Source: Vezdaea acicularis (Eukaryota). Taken from it: a stretch of DNA of 64,000 nucleotides. The stretch covers positions 186,001-250,000 of the forward strand of contig JAPEUI010000007.1 in NCBI GenBank assembly GCA_026025075.1, in the 5' to 3' direction. Shown here one piece after another: positions 28,931 to 39,852 of the stretch. Within the stretch, counting starts at the first letter, position 1, and every line of letters begins with the position of its first letter. The notes beneath the pieces were generated by a model. It was not told the DNA's origin and ran no database searches. It worked only from the letters and a program-made list of their open reading frames with translations. Position numbers and translations under genes: made by a program.

Positions 28931-30149
28931 TCAAACCAGCTTATCCGGATCGGGCAGCCGATCCAACAGCCAACGGTGAATACTCTCCTTAAAGGCATAG
29001 ATGACGGTTGCAGTCACGACGAAGAGGGCGACGCTTCCGCAGACCTCCCAGAAATAAGGTTCGCCCTTGGTGGTGCCGGAGATGCCCTGGAGGTTCATGC
29101 CGAAGTAGGAGGTGAAGAAGGACAGGGGCAGAAAGACAATGGTGACACCGGTGAAGATGAGGATAGCGCGGTTGTTGGACTCGGCGAGGATGGCGACTTC
29201 GTTCTGCTCCATGGAGCGGAGCTGGTAGTACTGCGGTGTTTCGGGAAAACGTTAGGAAAGGCTTCGAACGGGCAGGTGGGATGAGCTTACGGCGTCGAGA
29301 GACGATTTGAGATCGGCGAGCATTTTTTGCATCCTTCGGTGATTCTCCTTGACACGCGCATAGGATGCATCGATCATCGAAAGTACGGTAAGATTATTGA
29401 CTACATCGTTGCTAGTAGTCAAGATTGGTGAATTCTGACAGTCGATTCTTAGACAGTCAAGCAAATCGAGCCATTCCTCTGAGATGTTAGCTGCCCGACG
29501 GATCTCATTCATGCATGCAACGCAGTCTCGGACAAATGCTATGGATTCGTGTCGCCGAAATCGGGAGTCTCGGCGGTTTTTTTGAAACCAGAGTCAGTCT
29601 ATGAACAGGAAGTATCCTCTTCGACATACCAGATCTCTAATAATTGGTTGGTAGGCAGAATGAAAAGATGATGCACTCCTGAAGTCACTATGTGGACTTT
29701 GAGCTAGTATTGTCAGCAATCTAACAATCAGTAATTCCACATTCTTGTCGGTCCAGTCTTTTGTGCCACGGAAAGACATAGCGAAGATTGACCGGCCCAG
29801 ATTTGCAGTGAGAGGATATATCTCTTGGGAAAAAACAAAACTTGAGTCAGGGGGGCCATTAGATAGATGTTTCCTAAGATCTGGTTCGATATGACACAAA
29901 CCAGCCATCGGAGAGAGTGTGAGGAGGAACCCTATTGATATAAGTTTGGGGATGTTTCCTTAGCAGATTATTATATTTACCTTCGTAATGGCAGCATCGA
30001 AATGTATCCCGCATAATAGCGACATTCTCATACAATGCGTTTTTGCAGAGAATTTGCTCTTGAGCATGCAGCTCCGGAATAGCGAGGCCTGCGCCCGTAT
30101 TTCCTATGTCAAGGGGTAACCTTACAGCGCATGCTTGTTGGAGCAGCAT
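28931..30149 (-). pseudogene. CorA-like (GMN motif) membrane protein gene, probably defective or truncated
   Basis: Last exon reads AILIFTGVTIVFLPLSFFTSYFGMN...YFWEVCGSVALFVVTATVIYAF (two TM helices, GMN). Upstream exons join through GT-AG introns, but the second intron (donor GTATGT ~29629, branch CTGAC) has TTCAA where a phase-0 CAG is needed (~29582). A solo LTR abuts the 5' end. Confidence 0.65.
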
Positions 30150-30152
30150 TAT

Positions 30153-30576
30153 TGTTAAAAGCCGCTATGGCTTTCGCGATGGCTCGCCGGCAGAGCTATA
30201 GCGGCTAAGCAAGATGAGCGCCGCTTAGGGCTTAGCTCAGGAGAAACGATGATCGAACTCCTTTCCCATATATGCCCGATGGCGCTACCCCGATGGCTCA
30301 TCATCGAATAGTCTTATTCATATACTATAACTAGGATATACGAGACTTCATAGCAATACTATCATATCTATCTGAGTCTATTATATCTATATTGTCCCAT
30401 TTAATTAGGCAACTTTCATTATACCCGTCATAAATCATTATACCTAGCTATCATAGCCTCCTAGCCCGCGTACGCCTCACTGAGCGTACACAGTATGTTA
30501 GCTATATCTGTTCCGCCAAGGTGTGGCATTCTAGGTACGTTTCCTATCCGTCAAGCACACCTTGCCGTACTATACA
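30153..30576 (-). mobile_element. Solo LTR, diverged relative of LTR family 1
   Basis: TG...CA ends. Contains GCTAAGCAAGATGAGCGCCGCTTAGGGC and CGATGGCGCTACCCCGATGG, reverse complements of motifs in the LTR copies at 37-42 kb. TSD is not clean (TTAT/GTAT). Confidence 0.75.
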
Positions 30577-30602
30577 GTATGGAAGCCTGGGAACCTACTA
30601 CT

Positions 30603-33600
30603 CTAAACTTTGGAGGTGTTGGGGTGTGCTTGCAACAGCTTGACAACGTCTTTGTATCCGTTCTCTGCCGCCCACATCAGCGGTGTCCGTTCGTCGTTAT
30701 TCTTCGCGTCGACATCGACCTCGTCATCGGTGAACAGCCACTTAGCAGCTTTCGCAAACATGCTCTTTGTAGTAGGTGCCAGCGCTGTCTGAGCCCTCTT
30801 ACTACAGAACGTAACGTCGGCTTGAGCTCCCAGCAGCAGCCGAACGACAGCTGCGTGTCCACGTTTTGCCGCAGATAAGAGCGGCGATGACCAGATCCCA
30901 TGACGGTCGAGAACTACTGTGTTGACGTCGACAGAATTGGTCTTGAGCAGCAGCTCTACGATGGAGTCATGCCCGTTTTCGGCAGCACAGAATAGCGGCG
31001 TTGAACCGTCGAAGGCACTTTTCGAGTCCGGTATTGCTTTGTCTTTCAGCAGTCGCTCCACCATAGCTTTATGCCCTATGGTAGCAGCGTACTGCAATGG
31101 CGTACCGTCCAAGCCGTCCTTGACATTAGGATCGGCTTTCGCGTTGAGTAGCAGTTCCACAATCGCTTCGTGCCCCAATTTAGCAGCAAGTAATAATGGC
31201 GCGTCACCCCATTTATCCTTCAAGTTCGGGTTGGCTTTCGCTCTGAGAAGTAGCTTGACAATGTTATCGTTTCCTTTCCCAGCGGTCAGTGATAGCGGTG
31301 TGTGGCCGAAGTCATCCATCTCATTAGGGTCGACTTTCTCTTTGGGTTTGAGCGATGTCTCAACCTTAATTTTGTCCCCTTGCTCAACAGCCCAAGTCAG
31401 CTGCGTCCAGCTCTCCTCGTCCAGGTCGGCACGGACATTGATCCAGTCCATATGTATTTGCGTGTAGGGACAGCAATCTGATAGAGAAACAGGCATGTGA
31501 CACCATCCGCTCCTCAGTTTTTCCGGTAACAGACGTGGCAGCGGCAATTTAATTCTTCGCCGCTGCTGAATTGAGTTCATCGCAAAGACAAATCGATGTT
31601 TTAGCCATTTTGGCCCGATTCCGAGCCGTAGTAATCTCCTCTTTTGGATTGATGCGGGGGTGTCGAATACCCTTACTATTGACTCTGTCAGGCTGAATCT
31701 AGAGCCGCTAATGCTCTCATCGTCAAAAGGGGCGACGTCGTAGCGATCTAATTCCTCCTTTCTTTCCTCGTCGTGTATCAGGTCGACTCTCATCGTCCAT
31801 GCCGGGGACGGATGCATGTCGTCGCGATGACCCTTGCACTTCAGGTCGCAGCACATGTACATGAATAGTGCAGCAGCTAGCTCGTCTTTGTACTTCTCGC
31901 GCCTCCGGAGAACAGGCGGTGGTTTCTTGACGATTATCGGCTGCTCTTTGGCTGGTTTCCCCTCATTGCCTGCCTGGCCCTCGATTGATGTCCTCTCGCT
32001 GGTCGCTTTTTCTTTGCCTCTTGTCCCTTTCGTACTGCCGGCTGCTTTCTTGGTTCCCGTCGGGTTTTGACTGCTCGCCGGACTCGTGCTATTGCCCAAG
32101 ACTTTGGTTCCTTTGGCGCCTTTTCCTGTCGCATTGGTGCTCTTCGAAGCAGTGTTGTCCTGGTCCGAGCTAGGCGTACCGAACGACTCTATCGGGATGA
32201 AAGTATTCATAACATCCGCGAGCGAACGAAGTCGATCATGCGACGCATATTCCTTGAGCGGCCTCCAAAGAGTATCTCCGCGGGCCATAAAATCCTTTTC
32301 CTTGGCGATGGACTCTCGCTCGTTATTGAGGTAGAAGATCGGGATGCCGACAAAACCGGCTCCTTCGACAAATCCAGAGCGGTGCCCGATGACGCATATC
32401 TTGGGGATATATCGCCTGCAAAGAAGCGTCTATATGGCAAGGATCTTTACTTGCAAGGGGAGGTGATCAAACTCGCGCTCGTCGCTTGAGCCGCGAAACC
32501 TTTTCCACAATTCGTCAACCTGCGGATCTTCGGGTTCTTCGGGGTTTTTGGTATATACCCACGGACGAGATATGAACGAGACTTGAATCTTATCCAGAGT
32601 ATGCTTTTCGACCAAAGCTTTCAGGTCACGCGCTGTCGGGAAATTGAAGTCACCGTATAGCAGGATATGAGAGAATTGAGTCTCTGATGCGTGCTCTGCG
32701 ATCTTGTTTGCGTTCGCCACGGACTGAGCCACGTATGCCAGATTTTCATCGTCCATTATGCGACCAACCTCAGTCTTCGGATTGCGACGGACATGAATGA
32801 CGGCCAGTCGTTGGATCTCGTGATACTTTGGTAACTTTGACCAATTAAGCGGTTTGACTTGATTATTCCTGAGACTCGCTGATCCCGGGGGAATACTTGG
32901 AAGGTGTGTAATGCGGAGATAGCGATTTATCTAGTATTGCGCCGCGAATGTAGGGTGGAAATAGTGATCCGACAAGTCCACATGGCTTGCATTCTTCCCC
33001 GTCATTCCGTCCTTAAGTCGACCATCCAGCATGATTCTGAGATATTTGAATAGTCCTTCTTGATCACAGTGCATTTCTTTGCCACCGTTCGAATGGTCGA
33101 GCTCGGCCTCTTCTAGCCAGGTGTTAGGATCTTGAGTAGCCTTAAACGCATCATGAATGACTCGAGTCAACTGATCTTTACCACGGGCTTCTATGTATGG
33201 GGCAGTTCCCGGGGGTCTGTCAGGGATATCATACCATTTGAAGAGATCCCTGATATCTGTTTCTATATTCTGATCAAAATTAATGTAGATGTTATGCCTG
33301 GAATGCTTGAGAATAAGGGCGGCGACGAGGGCTTGATATGCCTCGCCAAACTCTCCTTTCCCAAGCTTTAACGCTATGGTTCGAGGCTTCTCTCCTCCAA
33401 CAGAGTTCAAAGCCACGGGAAAGTCCTGTCCAGGCTTCAAGTTGTCGGCCTATTGGATACTGGAGTCGTTCCTAGCTTCAGATGGTCGGATAGCTCGCCG
33501 CACTATGCCGTACGATTCCCACAAGGGGTAAATGATGTTGCATAAAGGACAAGGCTGTTCCAGGTCTTTACACTGAATTTTTTTGTCTTTGGAGACAATG

Positions 33601-33653
33601 TAGATCTTGCGCCTGTGCAATTCATTCCCTTGCTGTGAATGCTTGCAGATCAT
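30603..33653 (-). pseudogene. Intronless 1016-codon frame: putative GT-B glycosyltransferase-like domain + Lys/Thr-rich linker + ~7 ankyrin repeats, interrupted by three in-frame TAG codons (pseudogene, or editing/readthrough-dependent gene)
   Basis: ORF-track pieces 33653-33450, 33440-32931, 32756-32430 and 32288-30603 are all in one frame, and the gaps between them are open. The only lesions are TAG at 33452-33450, 32933-32931 and 32432-32430. Ankyrin repeats (GHTPLSLTAGKG, GTPLQYAATIGH, STPLFCAAENGH, RTPLMWAAENGY) are clear; the GT-B assignment is motif-level inference. Confidence 0.8.
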
Positions 33654-34994
33654 TCTTTATGCCAGTGTCTTGGCCGGAGACTCAACCGCGAGGGATGCCA
33701 ATGTACAGGATGTTGCACAAGAAACTGTCGCCGTTGAGAACCTAACTCTAGGACAAATAGTGTAGATATGAAGAGGTACAGGGGGATTTTGGCGATGAAA
33801 CCTATAAGGGTTCACGATGATATCTCGCGGGGTTTGTGGGATCAGCGTGAAATGTACCGGTCTGATGGTAATGGTTGTTATTGTTATCTTTTTAGCTATC
33901 TACGAGAGATATAGATAAGTGCTCGGGCATGCCAAGTGACTAGGTCCTTGGCACCCGCGACACACGACCGTAGCCTTGTACTGTAGGGGTTCGCGGTGGC
34001 GGCCTTACTCAGTCTACCCTAGAAGTATTTGTCATCGTCTGGCTGTCAACTAGGGCCAGCCACCACGAGAAACCCTGCTTTTTCACGGCGCTTTGTTATG
34101 TTTTTGGCGCGCGAACGCGGACCAGAGTGATACCCTCAGGCTAAATTCCGCAAGCCTCTCTTATTTGGGCAATAGGTTTAGGGCAAGCCTAGCGTCAGTG
34201 TTAGCGTCTCAGTTACAATACTTCTTGCCGTAGTACAAAACCGAGGATGGGTAGTAGTGAGTTGTTGCTCTCGTATTCGTGTTGATCCATCCAGCCGGTT
34301 CACGTGGTAAGAAGATTTATAGGCTTTGTTGTTACAACGATAAACATGACCACCTGAAAAGACCGGGGATCCGGCCAGGCAACGACGAAAGGTTGGCCTG
34401 AGTCACGTGATACAGCCTGATCTGTTGAAAGAATGGCAGGATCGGACGGCGCTAAGCGAATTATGCGGGGGAGACAGAAAGATATTCGAGACTGCCTGTT
34501 CAACTTATGCAGTCGTTATGTCAGGTATTTTGAGAGGTTCAGAATGACTTCTATTCACTGTCCTTAGACAGTGGGTGGTTCTATATTTTAAGATGAAGAT
34601 GTGTCTTACTGTGGATGAAGACTGTGTTGAGTTGACCCCGCACAAGTCACTGCTAGCGGTTGCTGAATTCAATCAACCTTGCATTCATTTTCACGGTGAA
34701 TGAGCTGGGCGAGCCCACGTTGACATAATTTCTCGAGTTGCATTCTTGTCTTGCTCCTCACGGAGCATCTTGTCATGTAGGTCCAAAGAATCAATAGTCT
34801 CAATCGCGCTCTTCATAGGTGCCCCTAGGGCTCTACTCCCTGCACGGTCGCTCCATGACAAGAACTCCATTTACGGTAAACATATTCATAGATTTTGACG
34901 GAGAAATAGTTCAAGCAATTTTAGCTTTCGTGACTACCTGCCGTGGGTACTCCTGGCTTCTCATCGCCTCTGCCTCTGTCTCCGTGCCGGTTTC

Positions 34995-35773
34995 TTACCA
35001 TCTCCGTTGCCCGTCTTGCCGTGTTGGTTCCGCCTGATATGGTGTATTTCCGCCCCCTGGTTGTCTATACTGCCGTGTCGGTTCCGCCTGATGCGATGTA
35101 TTTCTGTATTCTGCTTGACTGTAAGGCTCTTCTGGTGGTGCCTGATACGATGTATTTCCATATTCTGCTTGACCGTACTGCCCTCCCTGTCCCATCTCAT
35201 ACGGTTCCGTTCCAACTTCCGCTGGACTATACTGCCCTTTTGGTGGTGCCTGATACAGTATCTTTCCATTTTCTGCTGGACTGTACGGCCCTGTCGGGTC
35301 CGTCCGATGAGATTTGCTATCAAGTTCTCTTGCTATTTCGGTAATCTGTGCTTGAGCCGTTGGCGAGACTGAAGAACTTCTCGAAACGTCTTGCTCGAGA
35401 AGGCGGAGTCTTTTCTCTAACTCGTCTAGACGCCAGCGTTCGTCGGTTGAGCTTGTCGTCTATATTCGTTCCCCGGAGGATGGGTCAGTCTCTAAAGAAT
35501 CGACATCTCGTTTGTTTCGTAGGGTTTTTGAGGAGAGAGGAGGGAGGGAGAGAGGGAGAGAAGAATGCAAAGATGTAAGAAAAATAAAAAGGAGGGCAGA
35601 TGGGAATTTCCATTTACAGCTCCCGACTATCTATCACTACTCACCCCCATCAAATCCACGACAAGCTTGATAGAATTTCCAATAAACCATATGGCAGTTG
35701 CGACATCTGCCCCAATTACTGCCCAAGGGCCCATTCGATTATGGTTTGGAGCCCCGTAGGATTGACCTGCCAT
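34995..35773 (-). CDS. Orphan two-exon protein (197 aa): hydrophobic N-terminal helix, short coiled coil, 18-aa Q/Y/G/P repeats
   Basis: Exon 1 35773-35645 (donor GTGAGT, phase 0); intron with CTGAC branch and TAG acceptor; exon 2 35459-34995 open to TAA. Protein: MAGQSYGAPNHNRMGPWAVIGADVATAIWFIGNSIKLVVDLMG-TTSSTDERWRLDELEKRLRLLEQDV...YQAPPKGQYSPAEVGTEP YEMGQGGQYGQAEYGNTS YQAPPEEPYSQAEYRNTS HQAEPTRQYRQPGGGNTP YQAEPTRQDGQRRW. Confidence 0.65.
35000..35310. repeat. Coding minisatellite, ~5.5 copies of a degenerate 54-bp unit
   Basis: CCTGAT...GTATTTC recurs at 54-bp spacing (e.g. 35035, 35089, 35143). Confidence 0.85.
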
Positions 35774-36172
35774 TTTTTCTTCCTGGCAATCGTTTTTGAT
35801 TTCCAGTTTCTTCTCTGTTCTGATTTTTGATTTGGCCACGGGGACGAAGGACGCTGGAATATGATGAGCACGAAGATGACAGTCAAAAAGGTATATGTGT
35901 ACTATCGAGAGCCGTCGATGTCTTCGGGAGAGGAGAGGGCCAGGACAGAGTATTTGAAGGGCATGGTGGGAGGAAAAGGCGTCTCATATCTCACAGCCTT
36001 ATTTTTTTGGTAAGCAAGAAAGTGTATCAGCCTCATTTTTGGGGGTGTATTTTCTGACTCCCGGTGAAGCGGCCCCCTCTCCAAGACGCTAGCTTGGCAC
36101 TATACTCAGCCTTTGTCGCGCTCAGCCAATGAGATCACAATAGAGACTTGGCAAAAATTTTCAATTCTGCTA

Positions 36173-37841
36173 CAGTACCAAGTCAAAAATTTGAATCGCT
36201 CGTGTAGATTTTTGAGACGCGTCAATCTATCCCAATGCCCCGACCACCATCAACTCACCAACAAATCAATTGCAAGCTCTTGCTGCATAAAAGAGCTCGT
36301 GTATGTGGTGCCCAAGACACTGGACTAAAGTATGAGCAAATATTTAGGCTGTACCAAGAGAAAATTGCAACAGTAAAGACCACTATTAGACGCCAATCAA
36401 AACGCATATCTTGTCAAACATAATCACGCTTAGGGAGGCCAAAGAAGCTAACTCTAAGAGACTAACGCAAGATATTATGATGGATACAGCATAATCCTAA
36501 ATCAACATTACAAGCTACACTCCAAGAATGCTCTTTCACTATATCAAAATCAGCGCTTTAAATATACTTTAAAACTCTCAATATAACCAAGTGAAAGGCA
36601 CAAAAAGACCTCTTTTAACGCTAAAACATATTGCAAATTGATTAATATGGACTTAAAAATACATTACATGAACTGAAGAAGATTGGAAAAGAGTTAGATG
36701 GAGTGATGAATGTAGTATAAAGAGAGGATAAGGATAACAGCAAGAGTAGATGTTTAGAAGACTTGGGGAAAGCCTTAAAAAATGGGCAGTACAACCAAAA
36801 GCAACATTAACAAAGCATATAAAAAGGGTTTGGGCTTGTTTTGAGCATGGTATAAGGTCAGATTTGGTGGTACTTAATGGTGATCTGTTGGCACCTAAAG
36901 AAGAGATTTTCTTGAGGACTATACTCAATTGTTATAAGGAACATCTTGGCACAGTGCTTGAACATGATTCTATCTTCATGTCAAATAATACAAGTGTATA
37001 TACAGCAAGAATTGTGAAGAATTGGCTTGAAGAAAATAGTTATAAAGATGAGCACAAGCTCTGCCTTTTTCCTGAGAGCGTGGTAGACATACAACGTTTG
37101 CGTTCTGCCTGCGGCAAGGGGACGTACGCTCAGCTAAGCATATGCGGACTACGGTAGCTAGATATAATGGTATGCTGCGGATATAATAATATTTGTCCAA
37201 TTATATAGGGCAATATATATACAATGGGGTCATATAGATATAATGAAATCTCGGATGATCTAGCTATAGCATATAATAAGAAAACTATCTGATGATGCGC
37301 CATCGGCATATATGGATAAGGGGTTCAATCAGCGCTGCCCCTAGGTTAGGCTCTAAGCGACGTTCATTTTGTTTAGCCCGCCATAACTCCGCTGGCGGGC
37401 TATCGAGGAAGCTATTGCGGCGTCTTACAATAGTATACAAGTTATGATATAACCTTCCTATTCTCCGGATCTAACCCCATTGAGAACCTATGGTTTTTTT
37501 TGAAAGCAGCTATTCACCGCAACTATCTGGAGTTATTAAGAATGAAGGGGCAACAAACTGTGGATAGGCTCATTGAAGCTGCTATTAAGGCTTGAGATGA
37601 ACTTAGGGAGGAGATTTTGGATCACCTGTTAATATCGATGCAGAAATGCTATCAAGCAGTATTAGATGCTGAGGGATGGTATACAAAGTACTAGATTTTA
37701 TCTACGGCTTCTATGAGGCCTCATATTACCTCTACACAAATCACAAGTGCTTATCTACTGTTGTCACAAAGTTATTGTAACTCAAATATGTAGAAGCGAA
37801 GTTGCTTGATCTGAGCAATTCAAACTTTTGACTTTGTACTG
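36173..37841 (+). mobile_element. Tc1/mariner DNA transposon relic with inactivated transposase (~36235-37693)
   Basis: 29-bp TIRs CAGTACCAAGTCAAAAATTTGAATCGCTC / GAGCAATTCAAACTTTTGACTTTGTACTG, flanked by TA on both sides. Transposase remnants GRPKKL, WKRVRWSDECSI, SYSPD-NPIENLW and AVLDAEGWYTKY carry stops and frameshifts. Confidence 0.93.
37041..37429 (+). mobile_element. Solo LTR family 1 (copy A) inserted in the Tc1 transposase
   Basis: TATAAA (decayed TGTAAG)...CTTACA with a perfect 5-bp TSD ATAGT (37036-37040 / 37430-37434). Confidence 0.92.
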
Positions 37842-38717
37842 TATGTTTTCAGGCCTACGTCAATAACTTGAACAGCCTAGATTGCCTAAAGTAGCTGTTT
37901 AGACAGCCCGGACAGCGAGCTTAGGCAGTCTAGACAGCCTCCAAGTCTGAATTTTCAAGTTGTCCTACATTGTCTGGAGGCTTTTGATATTAACAAAAGC
38001 CCGCTAGATTTGCAATTTGCGGACAAAGGCAAGAGTTTTAGCTAGCTGGTTGCACAATGCAGCGGTGCTAGTCCTAGAAACAGAAAATCTAGATAGCATA
38101 TTAGTGATACGCATCAAACAATGCGGACTGGGAAAAATGAAGGCATTCAGAAACCATTAGAATCTAGAAGCAGTCTAGCAGCTTTAGTGCCAAGCTAACG
38201 TCTTAAAAGAGGTCTCGTTTTACCGGAAGTTGAATTTTCAGCGCTAGTGGTTGTCAAATTCAGTCCAACTTGCACTCATTTTCACATTACGGAAGCGATC
38301 ACGCAGTAATTTGAAAACCAAAAAAATCTATTCTAAAGTAATGACAAATAACTATGCATGCGTCACACTAGGGAATCTAAAGCTTGCGCATGTGATAGGA
38401 CTATTATTCAGCGTATACTATATGGCAAATTTTATTACAGAAGTTTAAGAAAGATATATCCTCTCACAAATAAATAACATGACACGAGTTCTGTTTATTG
38501 ACATAATATATCTAAAATTATTTCACTATTAATAGATTAATAGTCCTGCAACAAGATGGAAGTTTCTCAGTCATAAGCACTTGCAAGCGCATGCATCAGC
38601 TATCTCAACAAAAAAATAAGCTACTAGGTGTTGTTTTTTCAGCCTGGATTTCTGATTCTGTGATCTCACAACTGTGCTCTATACCCTGAGTATGCGGTAA
38701 CGCTAAGCAAACCCCTT

Positions 38718-39123
38718 TATAAGACGCCACGGTGGCTTCCTTAGTGGCTCGCTAGCGGAGATATGGTGGATTAAACAAGATGAACGCCGCTTAAGGCTTA
38801 CCCCAGAGGCATTGCTGATCAAACCTCTTATTTATATATGCCAACGGCGCCACCTCAATGGCTCATCATTGGATAGTTTCCTGCTATATGCTATAGCTAT
38901 ATTTTATGAGATTTTATTATATCTATATGATCCCATTATCCCTATATTGTCCCATGTAATCGGGCAATATCATTATATCTGCCGCATATTGTTATATTTA
39001 GCTACTGCAGCCTCGTAGCCAGCGTACATCTAGCTGAGCGTATACCTTTTTGCCGTAGGCAAGTAAGTGTTATACGCCTGCCACACTCTCAGAAAAAAGG
39101 CAGAGCTCATGCCTATTCTTCCA
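38718..39123 (-). mobile_element. Solo LTR family 1 (copy B)
   Basis: Reverse complement of copy A; 5-bp TSD CCCTT (38713-38717 / 39124-39128). Confidence 0.92.
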
Positions 39124-39852
39124 CCCTTCAACTAAAAAAGAATGTAATGCCTATTGCCACCTATTTGAAAAGGCACAAGCCATCTGCTACCGGTAACTAG
39201 AGAGGCTATCTGCGCTTCAGGCGCTCCATGCCTGTTAAGCCTGCAATTGTACTCTGCTCGCCCAAGCTGCATCTATCAGCGTTTCAAGCGTTTTAAATTG
39301 AACCGGCTGATCATCGCATCTTGTGCGCCTGGGCCGTATCCATCAGCGCTTCAAGTGCTTTGAGTCCAACCAATCAGCCATCACAGCCCACTTGCGCGAG
39401 CTGTATCCATCAACGTTTCAAGCGCTTTAAGCCCAACTGGCCAGCTATTGCAGCCCGCGCATTCAAGCAGTATCCATCAGTGTTTCAAGGGCTCTGTGCC
39501 CGTTAAGCCTGCAATCGCATCCCGTGCGCCCAGGCTATACCCATTAGCATCTAAAACGCTTTAAGCCGAGATATTTTTTGCTTGCCTGAGTTTCATATAT
39601 AACCGCTTCAAGCACTCTAAATTAAGGCGCTTTTTGCTTGATTGGATTTTCTTTTCTGTAAGAGTGGGCACAAGCTCTGCCCCTTTTCTGAGAGCGTGGC
39701 TGGCATATAACGTTTGCGTCCTGCTTGCGGCAAGGAGACGTACGCTCAGCTAGGCGTACGCGGGCTACGATAGCTAGATATAATGATATGCTGCGGATAT
39801 AATGATATTCGCTCGATTATATGGGGCGACATATATACAATAAGGTCATATA

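Larger units (their letters stand above)
36057..38230. mobile_element. Non-autonomous TIR element (MITE-like, ~0.5 kb of own sequence) hosting a Tc1/mariner
   Basis: ~46-bp imperfect inverted repeats: ACTCCCGGTGAAGCGGCCCCCTCTCCAAGACGCTAGCTTGGCACTA (36057-36102) and TAGTGCCAAGCTAACGTCTTAAAAGAGGTCTCGTTTTACCGGAAGT (38185-38230). Both flanks read TG; TSD ambiguous. Confidence 0.75.

Noticed and set aside
28931..33653. Single ankyrin-CorA fusion gene split by the solo LTR
   Set aside because: The ankyrin frame ends at TAG 30603 before the LTR. Removing the LTR and reading through gives a TGA within ~20 codons and does not join the CorA-like frame. It cannot be fully excluded without homologs.
34943..35372. 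Plus-strand and alternative-frame repeat ORFs (133, 121 and 120 aa)
   Set aside because: Shadows of the 54-bp coding minisatellite; only the minus frame ending at 34995 links to an upstream exon through canonical splice sites.
39225..39565. CRISPR-like repeat/spacer array
   Set aside because: Eukaryotic context, no cas genes, degenerate repeats and mutually related 'spacers'; best explained as tandem subrepeats in an LTR-like element.
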